The notes beneath the pieces are model-generated. The model saw nothing but the letters and a program-made list of their open reading frames with translations, searched no databases and had not been told where the DNA came from. A stretch of 64,000 nucleotides of DNA. Source: the human T2T-CHM13v2.0 reference genome, Homo sapiens. Below, in pieces: positions 30,378 through 44,705 of this stretch. The stretch's first letter is position 1. Each line of letters starts with the position of its first letter. Position numbers and translations under genes: made by a program. Where the stretch lies: the NCBI RefSeq assembly GCF_009914755.1, contig NC_060927.1. The stretch is one strand, 5' to 3'.

Positions 30378-31925
30378 ATTGAACGGCTGAATGCCTGAAT
30401 GTGTGAATATTTTTAAAAACTTTTTCGATCACATTTATCCTGGAGTGAGATGAAAATATAGCTGTTGCATTTAAGAATGTAAGTAGTGGGTGAGTAATTT
30501 AGAGATATCATAATAAGCGTTTTGGAAGTAGAGCTAAAAGATAAAAGAGTCTTTGATTATAAATAACTAAAAGGAGCAGCCAAATCACTAAATACCAGGC
30601 ATACTTCATCTGTTAGTGGCCTTAGGGACAAAAATAAACCAGTAAATATGGTGTGGAAGCAACTAATCATCGCTGGATTGCTCAAGAGAGGATATGTGTG
30701 AGACCCACATAAAGGTAGGGATGGACTTATGAGTTCTTCCAGTAAAGGGCTGCCATTGAACACAGCAAGGGCTGTGGCAGACAGATATGCAGGAAGCAAT
30801 AGGCAAATTTAATATCAGTAAGGAAGAATCATCAAGCTGTGTTTGGCTTAATAATAACCATTATTCTTCATTTGGGGTTATTGATTGTTCTGAAGGCTAC
30901 GACAAGTGTAATGAACTGTTACCACCACTTTGGGTGAATGTTGGCCCTCAAATGATCATTATCCAGAGAGGACAATATAAATAAAGTGCTGAAAGTACAG
31001 CAAAAAGAAGAGAGTTAGAAAAGGGAGAAAGTGGGTCTTGCTTCCTTCCCTAGTCTTTTTTCTTTTTTTTAAGGGGAGACACCTTTGCTTCTATACTTTA
31101 CTTCCCATTACCGGAAATCTCTTCAGCGATCCGTTTTAACTGCCCTGGTAGTGGATCAGAAGAAGGAGGACATTTTTACTGTTAAGGTTTTACTGTTTTG
31201 TCAGTGATGGAGGAAGGGCGCCTCCAAAAAATATGCAAAGTTAAATTCAGTGTTTCAATAAATTGTTTGTTTAGCCAGACGTGTCTGAGTTTCTTGCCTC
31301 TTTGGGTAGTCATTCCTGAAGTGTGTCTTATTGAGCAGAGATAACATTATTGTGTAGTCCCTGAAAGAGAATTGGAACCAAGTTTTGGGGGAAAGCTTTT
31401 GTGCACAGGTCAGCAAAGTTAACTGTTATATTAGTGGAGACTAAACCTGGACACTAGATATTCAAAACTTGCCTCTCTTCTCTCTGTCAGTTCTCTCAAA
31501 ATCAGGGTTAATATTCAAATATATTAAATTCAAATTGAATTTGTTCCTAGTAAGCACTTACTATGTGGGAATATTTTGCTAGGCACAGTAGATTATTTAA
31601 TCCATACTGTAGACAGGTCACATAGGCATTTATAATCTCTGTTGTACTATCATGAATTGAGGTGAAGAGAGATTGGGTCACCTGCTATCTGCACAGCTAA
31701 GAGCAGGTAGAGCTGGGAACTGAGTTCAAGCCTTCCTGAATCTGAATCTCATGATCTTTTACCATACAAACTTGGCTGAATGTGAATTGACTGGCCTTAT
31801 GAGGGAGTAATTTCCCCATCACTGTGATAAGAGTAGCAGTCTTCCTCCTCCTCTCCCTTCTTTTCCTACTCCTAATAAAGCAACACCTGCCTCTATTATT
31901 ATGAATGTTATCTCAAATTGTATAT

Positions 31926-32462
31926 ATTTATTTCTATTGAGTTGAAATTCACATAACATAGAACTAGCCATTTTAAAATAAACAATTCAGTGGCATTTAG
32001 TACGCTTACACCGATGTGCAGCCATAATCTCTATTAGTCCTAAAATATTTTCATCACCTTCAAATAAAACCCCATTCCCGTTAAGGAGTTACTCAGCATT
32101 CCTCTTCCTCACTCCACTTCCAACCCTAGCAAACACCAATCTGCTTTCCGTCTCTTTGGATTTACCTATTCTGGATATTTCGTATAAATAGAACCATACA
32201 ATATGTAACCTTCTGTGTCTAGCTTTTTTCATTTAGCATGATATGTCTGAGACTCATCCACATCGTAGCACCTGTCAGTATTTCCTTCTTTTTTATGTAC
32301 AAATAATATTCCACTGTGTATATATACCGCATTTTGTTTATCCATTCGTCTATCTATGGACGCTTGAGTTGTTTCCACCTTTTGGCTATTGTGAAAAGTG
32401 CTGCTGTGAACATTCATGCACAAGTATTTGCTTGAGGAACTGTTTTCCATTCTTTGGGAGCT
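31926..32462 (-). mobile_element. L1MB 3' end
   Basis: ttgaaattcacataacata...aattcagtggcatttagtac; tttccacctttttggctattgtg. Followed by a MIR at ~32470-32680. Confidence 0.85.
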
Positions 32463-33129
32463 ACATCTGTTTTTGGCATTTACTTTGTGCTAGTCAATGA
32501 ACTGAGTGCTTTGTACCAGGAACTCTTTAGATTCTCAGAACCCTATGAGGTGAATACTATTATTATCTCTGTTTTACGAATGAGGAAATGGATTCACAGA
32601 GAGGTTAAAGTACCTCATATTGGGTCACGCTGAGATTAAACCCAATGAGCCAGGTTCCCGAGTCTGTACTCTATACTCTTTCTTTCTTTTGTTGCGTCAG
32701 CTTCAGACTTGACACCTAGAGCTGCTTCTGCTGTTCCCTCCCCAATACCAAGCTTGCCTGCTTTTCCCGGGCATACTTTCAATTGTTGTGTTTCCTCTTA
32801 AAATTCAGAATCCAATGTTGCATACAATATTCCAAAAGTAATTTTTATAATTATTACCATCATTGCCATTGTTGATATTTTGATAACATTTGAAAGGCAC
32901 TTTGATGTTTTTCAAAACAATATGTATTAGTTTTCTTCCTTAATAATGAAAATTATATAACAAACAACAAAAAACAAGCCCCAAGCTTCATAGCACAGAG
33001 TATGCCTGTTGGCATTAAAAAATAAAGTCACGGTATATATACAGGGTTAAAAATCCAAACAGTAAAGAAATATGTAAAATGTTTATTAGGATTTTTTTCT
33101 GGAAAAGTAAATTATGAATATTCCCAAAT

Positions 33130-33420
33130 GCTTGTTCCAGATGTGTTCTGACAATGGTTGGGCGCAGATTCCCATTTATGTCCTCAATCAGCTCATTTTA
33201 AGCTCATTCAGCAGGTGTATAACAAACCAGGGGAGACTAAAACTCCCAGGTCCTTTTCTCGTGATCTGCTACTGAGTCATAGACCCTGTCTGCCATATTG
33301 GGCTTATGCAGTTGATTTTCTCAACCTAAATGCAGAAATTTCCATGTCCCTGTGTAATCCATTAAGCATGTTTTAGCCCAATGCCCTTCTCAAGGTACGT
33401 TTACATCCCAAGTGTGAGAT
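33130..33420 (-). mobile_element. L3/CR1 fragment
   Basis: aactcccaggtccttttc...gcagttgattttctcaacctaaatgcag. Confidence 0.6.
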
Positions 33421-36400
33421 CCTGTCTGTTAACTGTCTTTCTCAGTTGAGAAAGCACAGATAACTCTGCCACTTGGCCATGCTGAGGGCTCATGAATTAC
33501 ATTATTAGTAGAAATGAGATTTTGACCACCTCAGGATTCACTTAGAAGCGTGTTGGAAAGATTCCTGCTCAGACCAAACATCTCCCACCTTCCATTTTCA
33601 GAGTAACGTGTTCCGTCTGTGGAACCACAGCTTCATTTGCATGGAAGTGATAGGGAGCCATTCTCTACAGCATTGCAAACTATGGAGACTGTATACAAGT
33701 CTCAGATGCAGTACTGAATTGCACACTCTCCTGCTCAGTATAATTTATTAGCTGGAGATGTGCCTACATTAATAGTATTTGACCACATTTTAATTTAACT
33801 GTGCTACAATGAATTAAACCAAATAGTAAAGTTACAATGTATGAGTCCATTTTTATACCATTAGAAGTTAATATTAACCTATAAAGTGAATTGTGTTTAA
33901 AAAATGAACGATGTTTTATCTAACCCTGACATACATATCTTTCTTGTGTATAACAGTCCTATAGGGTAAGTTGAGCTAAGCTTTTACTTGTATCTTTTTA
34001 AATAAACTATCTTTGTTAGAATGGAAATCTCTAATGATCAGATATGTATAATTGAGTTTTCATATCTTCATTAAGTTTAAAGATATTAATTAAGCATTAT
34101 CTATCTATTTATTCCCTCTTATGAGATGTTGATAGAGATCATTTGGGAGCGGACAATACTTGTTAAAACTATGTGCAGTTTTCTAATGAGCCTTTCAAGA
34201 ATGTGCGATTTTTTTTTTCCCCACGAAGTTAGTACCCATGAATTTTGTGATTTCTTTTCTTAAGGATAAAGACAAGCCAAATGGTTGTCTTGCTTTTTTA
34301 AGGTTGTTTTATATAACTAGAGATTCTTCTTGGCTTCCTTTTTAAATGGATTTTTTGATAGGAAGAAAATGCAAATGAAGTAACAGTGGAGCTCATAAAT
34401 TTCTAGCCTGGTGACTATAATGCAGGGTATTGGCTTTGCTATCAAACTTCCCCAAGCACATTTGCTTTGTATTAGTGACTTATGCAATATTGGATCTTTC
34501 GTCTGTACATTAGACTGTACAATTCTTCCTTTCCGCCTAGCATGCTTTGCATTCCACTCTTTAGACAGATGTGTGTGAATGTAGCATTCTTTCTCAGCTG
34601 AAGCTAACAAGTGTCAGCATCAGATTTCCCCTATATATTCCAAATCTGATAAAAGGATACCCTGTGGTTATGAAAATTATAGACACTTAATACCTAAGGC
34701 AAGTGGCTTGCAGTCTCAGCAGATTCCTAAATGATGATCTGCCCCATGGTGATGCAAAAGTGATGTTAACACTTTCCTAGGAAGATCTTCAATGGGGAAT
34801 GTTCCTTTGGCAATTTGAATGCATCACTATACTTTTCCAGCCTTTTTTCTTCACCTCACCTAATTTTATGAGTTGTATGCATATCTAAAATAAAATGTGC
34901 ATTTAGAATTGGCCACATGTGGACACATGCCATGATATCTCAGAAGACAGTAAAAACGAACTTGAAAACCAGAAAAATGCACAGGTCATATAGGGATCAC
35001 TTATAATTGCCCCTGCTTTTCCCATGGCATTTTCAGTCCCATCATTATTCCATCTACAGCGCATCTCCAAAGCAAAATATATTATGAAAAAGTCATGTAT
35101 GGTATTTCAAATTAAACAATAACATTTTCTAGGTGCAGAGCAACTCTCGTGATATGGCCAGTTAGACTTTTCATCTTGGTCTTGCCCTTTAGATATACTT
35201 TGTGATGCTGGTGGCCAGGTGGCAAGCAGAGAAGGAGGGGCATTCTAGAGGCGGTACTAAAGACAGCTCAAAGCTCTAGAAAGTGTTTAAGTCTTTTATT
35301 AGACCACTATGGCTGCAACAAAAGGCTAACCTGGTTCCTGTCCTTTCTAGCTAAATAAGCCCAACCAATGTGTCCACAGGGCAACCAGTGATATAAGAGG
35401 ATGATCTGATTTTTATGGTATTACTTCCATTTCTGAGCCAAGCATAGCAAATATATAGTTTAACTGTTGTCAGTCTTCTTCCCTTGTATTTATGGAAGTT
35501 ATCATTAATTTTATATTGTAGTCTTTTCTGCTAAACCCAGGCATTGCTTCATAATCTTTCACAAGATAGCGCATGAGAGAGCTATTGCTGCTGGGTCAGA
35601 GTTGTTACATGAGTTGCATCTTATCTGGCCATCTATCTCTGGGCTGAGTTACGGTCACATTTCCCTCTGATAGATCTCTAATATAGCAGGTGTAGAGTTA
35701 AAGGTCTTTCACTTTTTCTGGGAGGTCACCCTGACAATAGAAGAACCTGGATTTCTTATCCTATGTATAGTTTATCACCACGGTTGCTCGGCATGCTCTT
35801 TTCTGGTATCCCTAGCTCAACCCTAACTTTGGTCATCATTGTTTTTCAAGTTTTCAATCACCTTAAAGTTGCCACTGTTCCAAAAGTCATTTGGTGAGCC
35901 ATTCTGACTGTTTCCACTTTGAGAATCTCATGCCAGGTCACTAGAGATAAATATGCTTATTCTGGAACTCCCAGACATTAATCTCAGGGTCAATTCATGG
36001 TTCTGTGAATGCTTGATACCACCATCAGCACTGTGAGGCCTGGAACTTTGCCATGACTGCTACCTCCTTTGGGCTCAAATATTAAGGAGATAGGGGTAGA
36101 TACTGGGCCTTTGATTAATATTTCTCCTCTGACGTACATGACCCCTTTATCCTCCTCACTTCCTTGATGTTCCTGGGTGTTGACATAGATGAAGATGATG
36201 GTTTTCCCTATCTTAAGTGAAAAACAATTCATGTTTCGCTTTGGGTAGACTGAATGGCCTTTAAGGATTACAGTTAAAGATAGTTTTATCCAAAAGGTCT
36301 CAACGCAAATCTTTTCTTATAGATTAGTCTATTAAATGTGAGGGGCATCTCTACCAGAGATTCTGGCAGGGATGGCAACTTTGGTTTTAAATTTGTTAGT

Positions 36401-36839
36401 CAATAAATATTTGAGTAACTACTGTGTGTGTGGTGCCATGATAAGCACTGGAAATAGTAGCAGTAGCTGAAAGAGTGAGAGTTCTTCATGTAGCTTCCAG
36501 TTATGGAAGACGATAAGCTAAGCTGAGAATTCTGCTCCTTTATGGCCCCTTACTAGGAAATAAATTCGTGTGATCTAGGAAGCCCCTGTCCTTCTGGGTG
36601 ATGAGTGGAATTCATCTACACAGTCTTACCAGTCTTACAAATGTCTGTCCTAAAAGACTAGTAACCCACCTTACCCATATTCCAAGGAACCTTGAGGCCC
36701 ATATTTATTATACATGGCCATTATTTGTATCCATGATTATATAAACACAGATGAATTGGTCATTTCCCCTGTCTGTGTTCTCTACTCTTAAATAACTTAG
36801 TTCTCCTCCCTTGTACAGATATGTGTATTTTTAAATCTA

Positions 36840-37160
36840 GAAATGTTAGTAGTTATAGAAAAAGCTACTAACTGTTTTCACTCTTCTTCCCTTTTATTTA
36901 TGGAAGTTATCATTAATTATTAATTATTAATTAATTAGTTAACATTAATTAATGAGATAATCTACATTATCTCAGTGAATTTTCACACTAACCCTGTGGA
37001 GTTATGGTTTTAATATCCAGGTATTATGGTTTCAGAAAACAAAGTTATGCAAGCTCAGTGATCTCTCCCAGGCTGGCCAGCTACTAAGCGGTAGATCCAG
37101 GGCTCCCACCCACGTGGTCTGATTCTAGAACCTGAGCTCTTAACCGCTGTACCGACTTGT
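36840..37160 (-). mobile_element. MIR whose 3' end is disrupted by templated filler DNA
   Basis: cattatctcagtgaattttcacactaaccctgtg...tctgattctagaacctgagctcttaacc. Confidence 0.65.
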
Positions 37161-37289
37161 ATCACTAGCCAACATTTGGGCTGCTCTCTGCTTTATCAAT
37201 GAGTAAACTGAAGCCCAGGCTCTTAAGTGACTTGTCAAGTTAACAGACTATTCAGCAACAGATTTGAATTTTCGTATTAATATAGTGTA

Positions 37290-37510
37290 AATAACAACAG
37301 TTAAATCATTTATAGTGCTTATTATATGCCAGCCACTCTTCTAAGTGCTTTTTATATTGGCTCATTTACTTAATAACTACTGGTTATTGTCCCCATTTCA
37401 CTTAGAGGCAAACTGATGCTTTCTGAGACCAAGTTGCTTAGGGTCACACAGCTGCCAAGCTAAGCAGCTAAGATTCTAACTCAGCCTGTCTAGTGCCAGA
37501 CTTTGTGTTC
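37290..37510 (-). mobile_element. MIR
   Basis: atatgccagccactcttctaagtgctttt...gtcacacagct. Confidence 0.7.
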
Positions 37511-37515
37511 GGATT

Positions 37516-37722
37516 TGGTGATTCTCAAAGAGAAGAAGCTTTCTTCTCCCACTCCAGGAGCATGTGCAATGCCTGGAGACATTTTTGGTTATCACAACTT
37601 TGGGGGAGGGGAGACCTTTATATAATCTAGTGGACAGAGGCCAGGTATGCTGCTGACCATCCTCAAGTACACAAGATAGACCCTTACAATAAATAATTAT
37701 TTGTCCTCAAGTGTCAACAGTG
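37516..37722. mobile_element. MER20 (hAT-Charlie), right end lost
   Basis: gcaatgcctggagacatttttggttatcacaac...tagtggacagaggccaggtatgctgct. Confidence 0.85.
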
Positions 37723-38449
37723 TTATAACCACCTTTCTATGGTTATAACACACCATCAGTGGCATCCAGCAAAAGATTTCCAAATCAGGAAAGCAGAGAG
37801 TAGCCTCCAGTGTCCATGCTTAGTTTAGTGTGTCTTTTATCATGACTGCAATTCTGGGCTGGAATGTTACTGTTTAGTATGTACCTCATAAGGATAAAGA
37901 CTAGCATTGTGCCCAGCAAGAGCCAATGGGGGCTCATTAATTATTACAATGGAAGCACAAATTGGTGTGTTTAGATATAGGATGAAAGAATGGGAACTCA
38001 GTTGGAGAAAATCATAAAAGTAGCACTCTGATGACTAGTGGTGATGATTTTGGCTTCAGTAAAGAGAAGTGGCCACATTGTTATTCAAAAACATGATATT
38101 TTGGATAGGAAGAAAGCTGATGTTTCAGGTGTTTTCTTTTTGTTTAAACAAACCTATTTTGCAGATTTTGTATGCCTTTTATCAGTCATGCAGCTCAATT
38201 ACAGTCTGGGCAGCAAGTTTGGACAAAAATAAAAAGAGGAATAAAAATATTTTTATACCTACATTGTATATTTCTCACAAGAGTTTCCAAGTATAATTAT
38301 CCATGAATTTCATCCAAAAATCTTCAACTGTGTGAATCTTACATTTGGTTACTTACTGGCTAATCAGGATTGGGCCTAAATCCAGTGTATACATTACATA
38401 AAGAGGTGAGGACAGATAATCCAAGCAAAAGAAATTTCCTTATAAAATT

Positions 38450-38582
38450 CCTAAAATAGTATCATTTCAGTATGGGACCGATATAAAAATTATTAATGGG
38501 ATATTTTACATTTTTTCTTTGCTGTCTTTGAACTTGGTATGTATTTCACACTTCCAGCACATCTCATTTTGGAAAAGCTATA
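38450..38582. mobile_element. MER33 fragment
   Basis: aattattaatgggatattttacatt...cagcacatctcattttgga. Confidence 0.65.
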
Positions 38583-39062
38583 ACAATGTTTCTGAGACTT
38601 ACCATATTTGAGAACCATTTCCTTAGTCTGTGCTTTTAAGGAATGAAGTTGTTGGACGCGGTGTCTTTTTACCTTTATTTGTTGTCATAGATGATGATGA
38701 CTAAAAGTGTCTTGTCCAAATACAAATGTGAAAAGGCTGAAGACCAAGATATAAATGAAATAGAAGGCTGTTATCTACTAAATGGGCTTTTTTAAAAAAA
38801 AAAACACTTGACTTTAAGACTACTAATAAAACTGTAAAATAAGAGCATACTTTTGAAATAAGAACACATCAAACAAAGTAAAACTAAAGTTTAGCTCCTT
38901 TGTGTCCCAGGCTGAAATAAAAGCATGTGGGAGGACCTACCAATTTATATTATCAAAGTTAAATGGACACAGGTCATCTTTAGCATACAGGATAAGGTTT
39001 TAGCATGAGGAACACTTTATATAAAAATATACTGTTTTTTGGTTCATGTGAAAGATATTATT

Positions 39063-39370
39063 GGCCAGGTGCGGTGGCCCACGCCTGTAATCCCAGCACT
39101 TTGGGAGGCTGAGGCGGATGGATCACCTGAGGTCAGGAGTTCGAGACCAGCCTGGGCAACATGGTGAAACCCCATCTCTACTAAAATACAAAAATCAGCT
39201 GGGTGTGGTGGCGAGCACCTATAATCCCAGCTACTTGGGAAGCTGAGGCAGGAGAATTGGTTGAACCTTGGGGATGAAGGTTGCAGTGAGCCAAGATCGT
39301 GCGAATTCACTCCAGCCTGTGCAACAGAGCAAAACTCCGTCTCAAAAAAAAATAAATAAAATAAAAATAA
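39063..39370 (+). mobile_element. AluSx-like
   Basis: TSD gaaagatattatt (39050-62) versus gaaacgtattatt (39372-84). Confidence 0.93.
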
Positions 39371-40574
39371 GGAAACGTATTATTAAAATAGGAATGACTT
39401 ACTTTTTGTCTCACCCTGCTTCTTTGTGTCTGGTACTACGGTATGATATGTCATGCATCTTACTAGAGGAAGATGCTGCCTTTATATGTGAAGTGGATTC
39501 TTATGACCTAGAACCAGAACAAGTGTGTTAGGCTTCATTTTCCAAGCCTCATAATGAAATGCCTTGAAGTATTCATTTTCCTGTCCAATCTTCTTTAAAA
39601 ACAATATTTGCACCCCTAACCGTAGGCAGTAATTTTGTACTTCTCAGACCATTGCACCAAGTTTGATTTCTACATGAAGTTTACTATTGTTTGTGTATAT
39701 GGAATGGCTTATGACAACTTCATTTGTCCTCTGCTCTATCTATCCTAGGTACTAGAATACCTAGGGTCCTAGCAGTCCAATATGCCTGGATTATGCCAAA
39801 CATAACACACTACTGGAGATATGTATTTGATGAACATTCCGTATTCTTTTTTGGCCAGCTTGGCAAGCAGGAGAATCCGCAGTTAGCTCTTCCTTTGACC
39901 AGTTATTTCTAAGTGTTGTTGCAGGAAGTGGCGCATTAGGAACTAGTCTTTTTGGTTTGTTGTGCAACTAGCACTTGTGTAACTCCCTCTACCTGAACCA
40001 TTGCCTCTCCCATCAGCCAGGGTAGCTTAAAGGAATGTTGAGGAAATAAAAAGTAGGCATAAAGGTATTGTGCATAGTAGTGGGGATATAGATGGGGAAA
40101 CAGAGGGAGGAAGAGGAGTGACTAAAGAGAAAGCTACATGTAGTCAAGTGTTGTTTATCAGACTCTGGTGTGGATCACAATCGCCTGGGGACGAATTAAA
40201 ATGATACATTATTGGGATTTTACATTCTTCCCAAAGAGGCTTTGATTTACTGGGTTTCAGGTTGGAACAAAATGCATTTTATCAAGGACTACAGTTGAGA
40301 CACTCTGCTGTAGAGGAAAGGCAAACTCTGCCCTAGAGGAAAATGAGGTATCCTAAATTCCATTTTCTGGTTCTTCTTCAAGGCAGAAGGCCAGGACTGA
40401 GGTTATTTTGTGGCAACCACATTTATTGAATCTCCTTCCCTGGCATGTAGCTCATCTGGAAATGACTTTCCTGTGGAGGCTTTGATAACCTTATAGGCTC
40501 TTAATTTGGATTCTGGAACAGGTTGGGATAAGAAGAAAAATTTCTTTCTTGTGTTTCTAGAAATGTATAAACTA

Positions 40575-40720
40575 TATACTAAGCACAGAGTTTCTGTTGG
40601 GAATGATGAAAAAGGTCTGAAGATGGATGGTGGTGATGGTTGCACAGCAGTGTGAATGTACTTATGCCACTGTATTGTACATTTGAAAAGTAAATGGTAT
40701 TTATGTATATTTTACTGCTA
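40575..40720 (+). mobile_element. L1MB 3'UTR fragment
   Basis: agagtttctgttgggaatgatgaaaaaggtctgaagatggatggtggtgatggttgcaca. Confidence 0.8.
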
Positions 40721-40965
40721 TATTATATATTCTATGTATACTACAATAATAACTTTATTAACTCACTACAACTTTTGAGATTATTTTAGTAATCTGTGGG
40801 CATGATTCCTGATGAGGACTTCAGTGAGGCAGACAACCATGAAGACTAACTAACTGTTCATCAATTTAGAAAAAATAAGTTTTTGCAGTTGATTTCTCTC
40901 TTTTAAAACTTTTAAATTTCAGCAAAGATCTGAAAAATGTGAGTGATGCCTTCTTCGGTCTCTTA

Positions 40966-41291
<326 letters not shown>

Positions 41292-43039
41292 AAAATAAAA
41301 ATAATTAGGATAGCAAAGCAGGTGTTCAACTTGAAACCTCTCTGTGTTTTCTTGAAGCTTGAAACCTCTCAGTTTCTGCCTTGGATCAGATGATATCTTT
41401 GTTGGTCCTTTTCTGACATGAGGTGCTATAGGTCTACAGTTTACTGAGATAATTTACATAACATTTTGATATGGAATATTTTACCTAAAATGGAGTGTGC
41501 AATTCATAATTGGAAGGTATAGGGAGGAGTGTTTAATTGACTTGATGCATTCATGTGTCATGCTCAAGGTCAAAAGCCTCAAGTATGTGAGTACTTTGTA
41601 ACTGGCTGTCTGTCAAAGATACCAGGGAATTCAATCTATTACATGCACTTCACTGCACTAAACCAACACTACATGAAGCCATCAGAACATAGGATGGCCT
41701 CACTAATCTCGCTGCAATAATTACTGCAGGTGTCTCCTGATCATTTAAAACAGGCATTTATATTAGGATGCATTATTCTGTTCAAATATTAGGGCCATTA
41801 GAATTTTAAGAGAATTTCACTTTGAATATTTGATACAAAAGATGAAATGCTTGTCAAACTAATATATCCTGCACGTTCTCAGCCCCTAAACCTAAGACTG
41901 TTTTCTTGGTACGAAAGTATGCATATGTGAAACAAAACGTAAGTGTTTGTCGCTGCTCTTAACTTGTATCTTTCACCAACATCTACAGGAGTTGTGTAGA
42001 ATAATAAGATTAGAACCCTTCAAAGCTTTAAAAACCAAATCTGGGATTTCAAAATAAAAGAAATTTTCATGGGAGAGAGGGGAGGGCAGTAATTTTGTAA
42101 AGTACATTTTTAAAAGGACTGGAATGATTCATTCTTTCAGCGTGTGATTGTGAGTTTGCTGGTGTGGCAGAAAGACTCTTGTTGCTATGGTATCCCTGGA
42201 CAATGTTTTGGGCATTGGCTGTCATAGCTGTAACTGGTCATTTTAAGGGGGTGTCATACATGCATTTTGACTATTGTTTTCATGATGAAGCTGGATTGTT
42301 TTGATATATATTCTATTTCAAATTAAATTATTTAATACAAAACCCTCTTAAAAATGAGCATAATAAGTGAACAAAATAGCTCTTTTATGGTAATGGTAAT
42401 TTTTTAATAACAGGAAGTGTTAACTATTTTCATTCCAACTGTTATTTAATCATTGTAGAAAGTAGAGAAAGTAGAGGGTCCTTTGTTCTTTTAGCAAGAC
42501 CTTAATCTTCATTTCTTCGTTAAATTAGTTTTTTTCTTTCTTTCTTTCTTTCTTTCTTTTTTTTTTTTTTTTTGCATTTCCAGCTGCCAAAGTGCTGTCA
42601 CTGATCTAATTTTAGTATTCACACATATGGAGTAGATGCCAGTCTTGCCTTATTTAAAAAAAGTCTTCCAGTATCGCTAATACATATTTTTCCCATTGGA
42701 TGATATGCAAAATTATGGGTTTTTTTTTTTTTTTTTGAGAAGAGAAATCCTGGTCAGGACCTGGCTTCCCAAAATACCCAAGGGTATGAATATTGATGAG
42801 ATTCCTAAATTGGTGCACTTTTGCTAATACATTTACTTTCTGAATTCTAAATTTAGTTTCTAGCTAGAGTCCCCATTAGTCCTTTCTATAGTTTGGCCTC
42901 TCAGTGCAAGGACTGGGAAACTGTAAATGTTAATTATATTTGCCCTTGGACAGTTATTAACTCTACTTCCCAACTATCTTCAACATATTTTTTGGTAAGT
43001 CACAGCAAAATTGAGTTACATGTGTGAAATGCATCTTAA

Positions 43040-43270
43040 CATAATAGCAAGAGAATGGTTTTCATTGTAGAATAGACATGAGCCTGTATCTCAGCCTTTC
43101 TCCTTATGTTTGTATGACAATTGGGAATTTATTTAATGTCTCTGAGCCACTGTTCCCTCAAATGCGAATAGTAATATCTGCCTTGTGATGATTACATAAA
43201 ACAATATATGTAAAGGTCCAGGTAGAATGCCCTATAAACAGTAGTTATGCACTAATTAATAACTTATTAT
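43040..43270 (+). mobile_element. MIR (a second MIR lies on minus at ~43440-43630)
   Basis: tttaatgtctctgagccactgttccctcaaatgcgaatagtaata. Confidence 0.65.
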
Positions 43271-44136
43271 TATCAGTAATTAATTAATTAAAAATCTCTT
43301 AGATATAGGTGTAAATTACAACAGAAGATAATAATCTTTTAAAATCAAGACCAAATGTGACAGAGACAGACCTGAACTTGGCCTTGCAGTGTCCTGGTCC
43401 CTCCTGAGTGCAGAGACTATTCCTGCTAATGCGAATTCCACCTTTCTTTTGCCATTCATGCAGCATTCACACATCACCTCATACTTTTCAAAAGAGTTTG
43501 ATGAAGTGGGTATCTTTATCTATATTTTATAGCCGACAAACCTGAAGCCCAAAGAGAACTTCGTCATTCTATAAGTGGGGACAAAGTTATACCCAGACCC
43601 AGGCTCTCCTGATTCCTAGTTTAGTGATATTTTACTCGACCATGCTGCTCCTAGTGAATTGAGTCCCTTCTTTGTTAAGAAACCAGAGCACAAAGAGTCC
43701 TATTCATAAGACTGAATTTGACATTTAAATTTTTGGACATTTTTGGCATTTTAATTTTCTTATTAAATGTAATTAACCAAAATAGAAAAACTAAGAATAA
43801 AGAAATAACAAACAATTTTAATGCAAGATGGTCCCCTCTGAAGACCATATAGGGTGTTCATAGAGGATTTTCAGGAATTTCCTCGAGACCCATGAAATTG
43901 CGTGTTCCATGTTGTATGCTACCAGTGTATTTCTAGGGCAGTGGGCATATCAGATTTTGGGTCTGTGACTGCTTCTCTAAACATATAACAAGAAAAGATA
44001 CCATCAAGCATATGAGATAAGCAGATTGTTAGAACAAGATACTAAGTTGTCATTTTAAGGGTATCATATATTATTACATTTCAGAAATGCAGAGTCTTAC
44101 GGTAGGCTGTTGTGTCTGGGATCTACAGAGAAGACT

Positions 44137-44705
44137 ACATCAGTCGGAATGTGTTAGGCTGCAGAATACCTACCTTAAATAATATTTTATGCTATATTAC
44201 TATTATAGTTTTTAATTGGAGGCCTGTAGATTAGGTAGTTCTAGGACTATCTCAGAGGTTCATTCATGTCAGCAGTGACCTAGGTTAATTTTTTTTTTCT
44301 TTCTTCTCTACGCTTCTAAGTATCTTCGCCTTTAGTTCTCATGCATCTCAAGGTATGGTCTCAAAATGCCATCATTCTATCAGAATCACATCAGGGTTGA
44401 AAGTAAGGAAAAATGGGGGAAAGGGATGCACCATTAGGCTTCTCTTATTCCTGACACTTTTATAAAGAAGGGAAAGTTTTCCCAGAAATCCTCTTCCATG
44501 TAAGACTTTCCTTGTAGCTCATTGGTCATTCCTAGCTTTAAGGTGTCAAAGTACATAAGCATCTGGCAAGGAGAAATAAGATTGCTATAATTGGCCTAGT
44601 CCAGTCAAAATCCGTCACTGTGGTCGAGCTCATTGCTACTTAGATGAGAAGTGGTGTTCTGTTGTCTCAGAAAAAGGAGAAACTGGTAGTTAGCTAACCA
44701 CTATC
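44137..44705. mobile_element. MLT1-type (ERVL-MaLR) LTR, degraded
   Basis: atcagtcggaatgtgttaggctgca...agactttccttgtagctcattgg...ggtgttctgtt. Confidence 0.55.
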
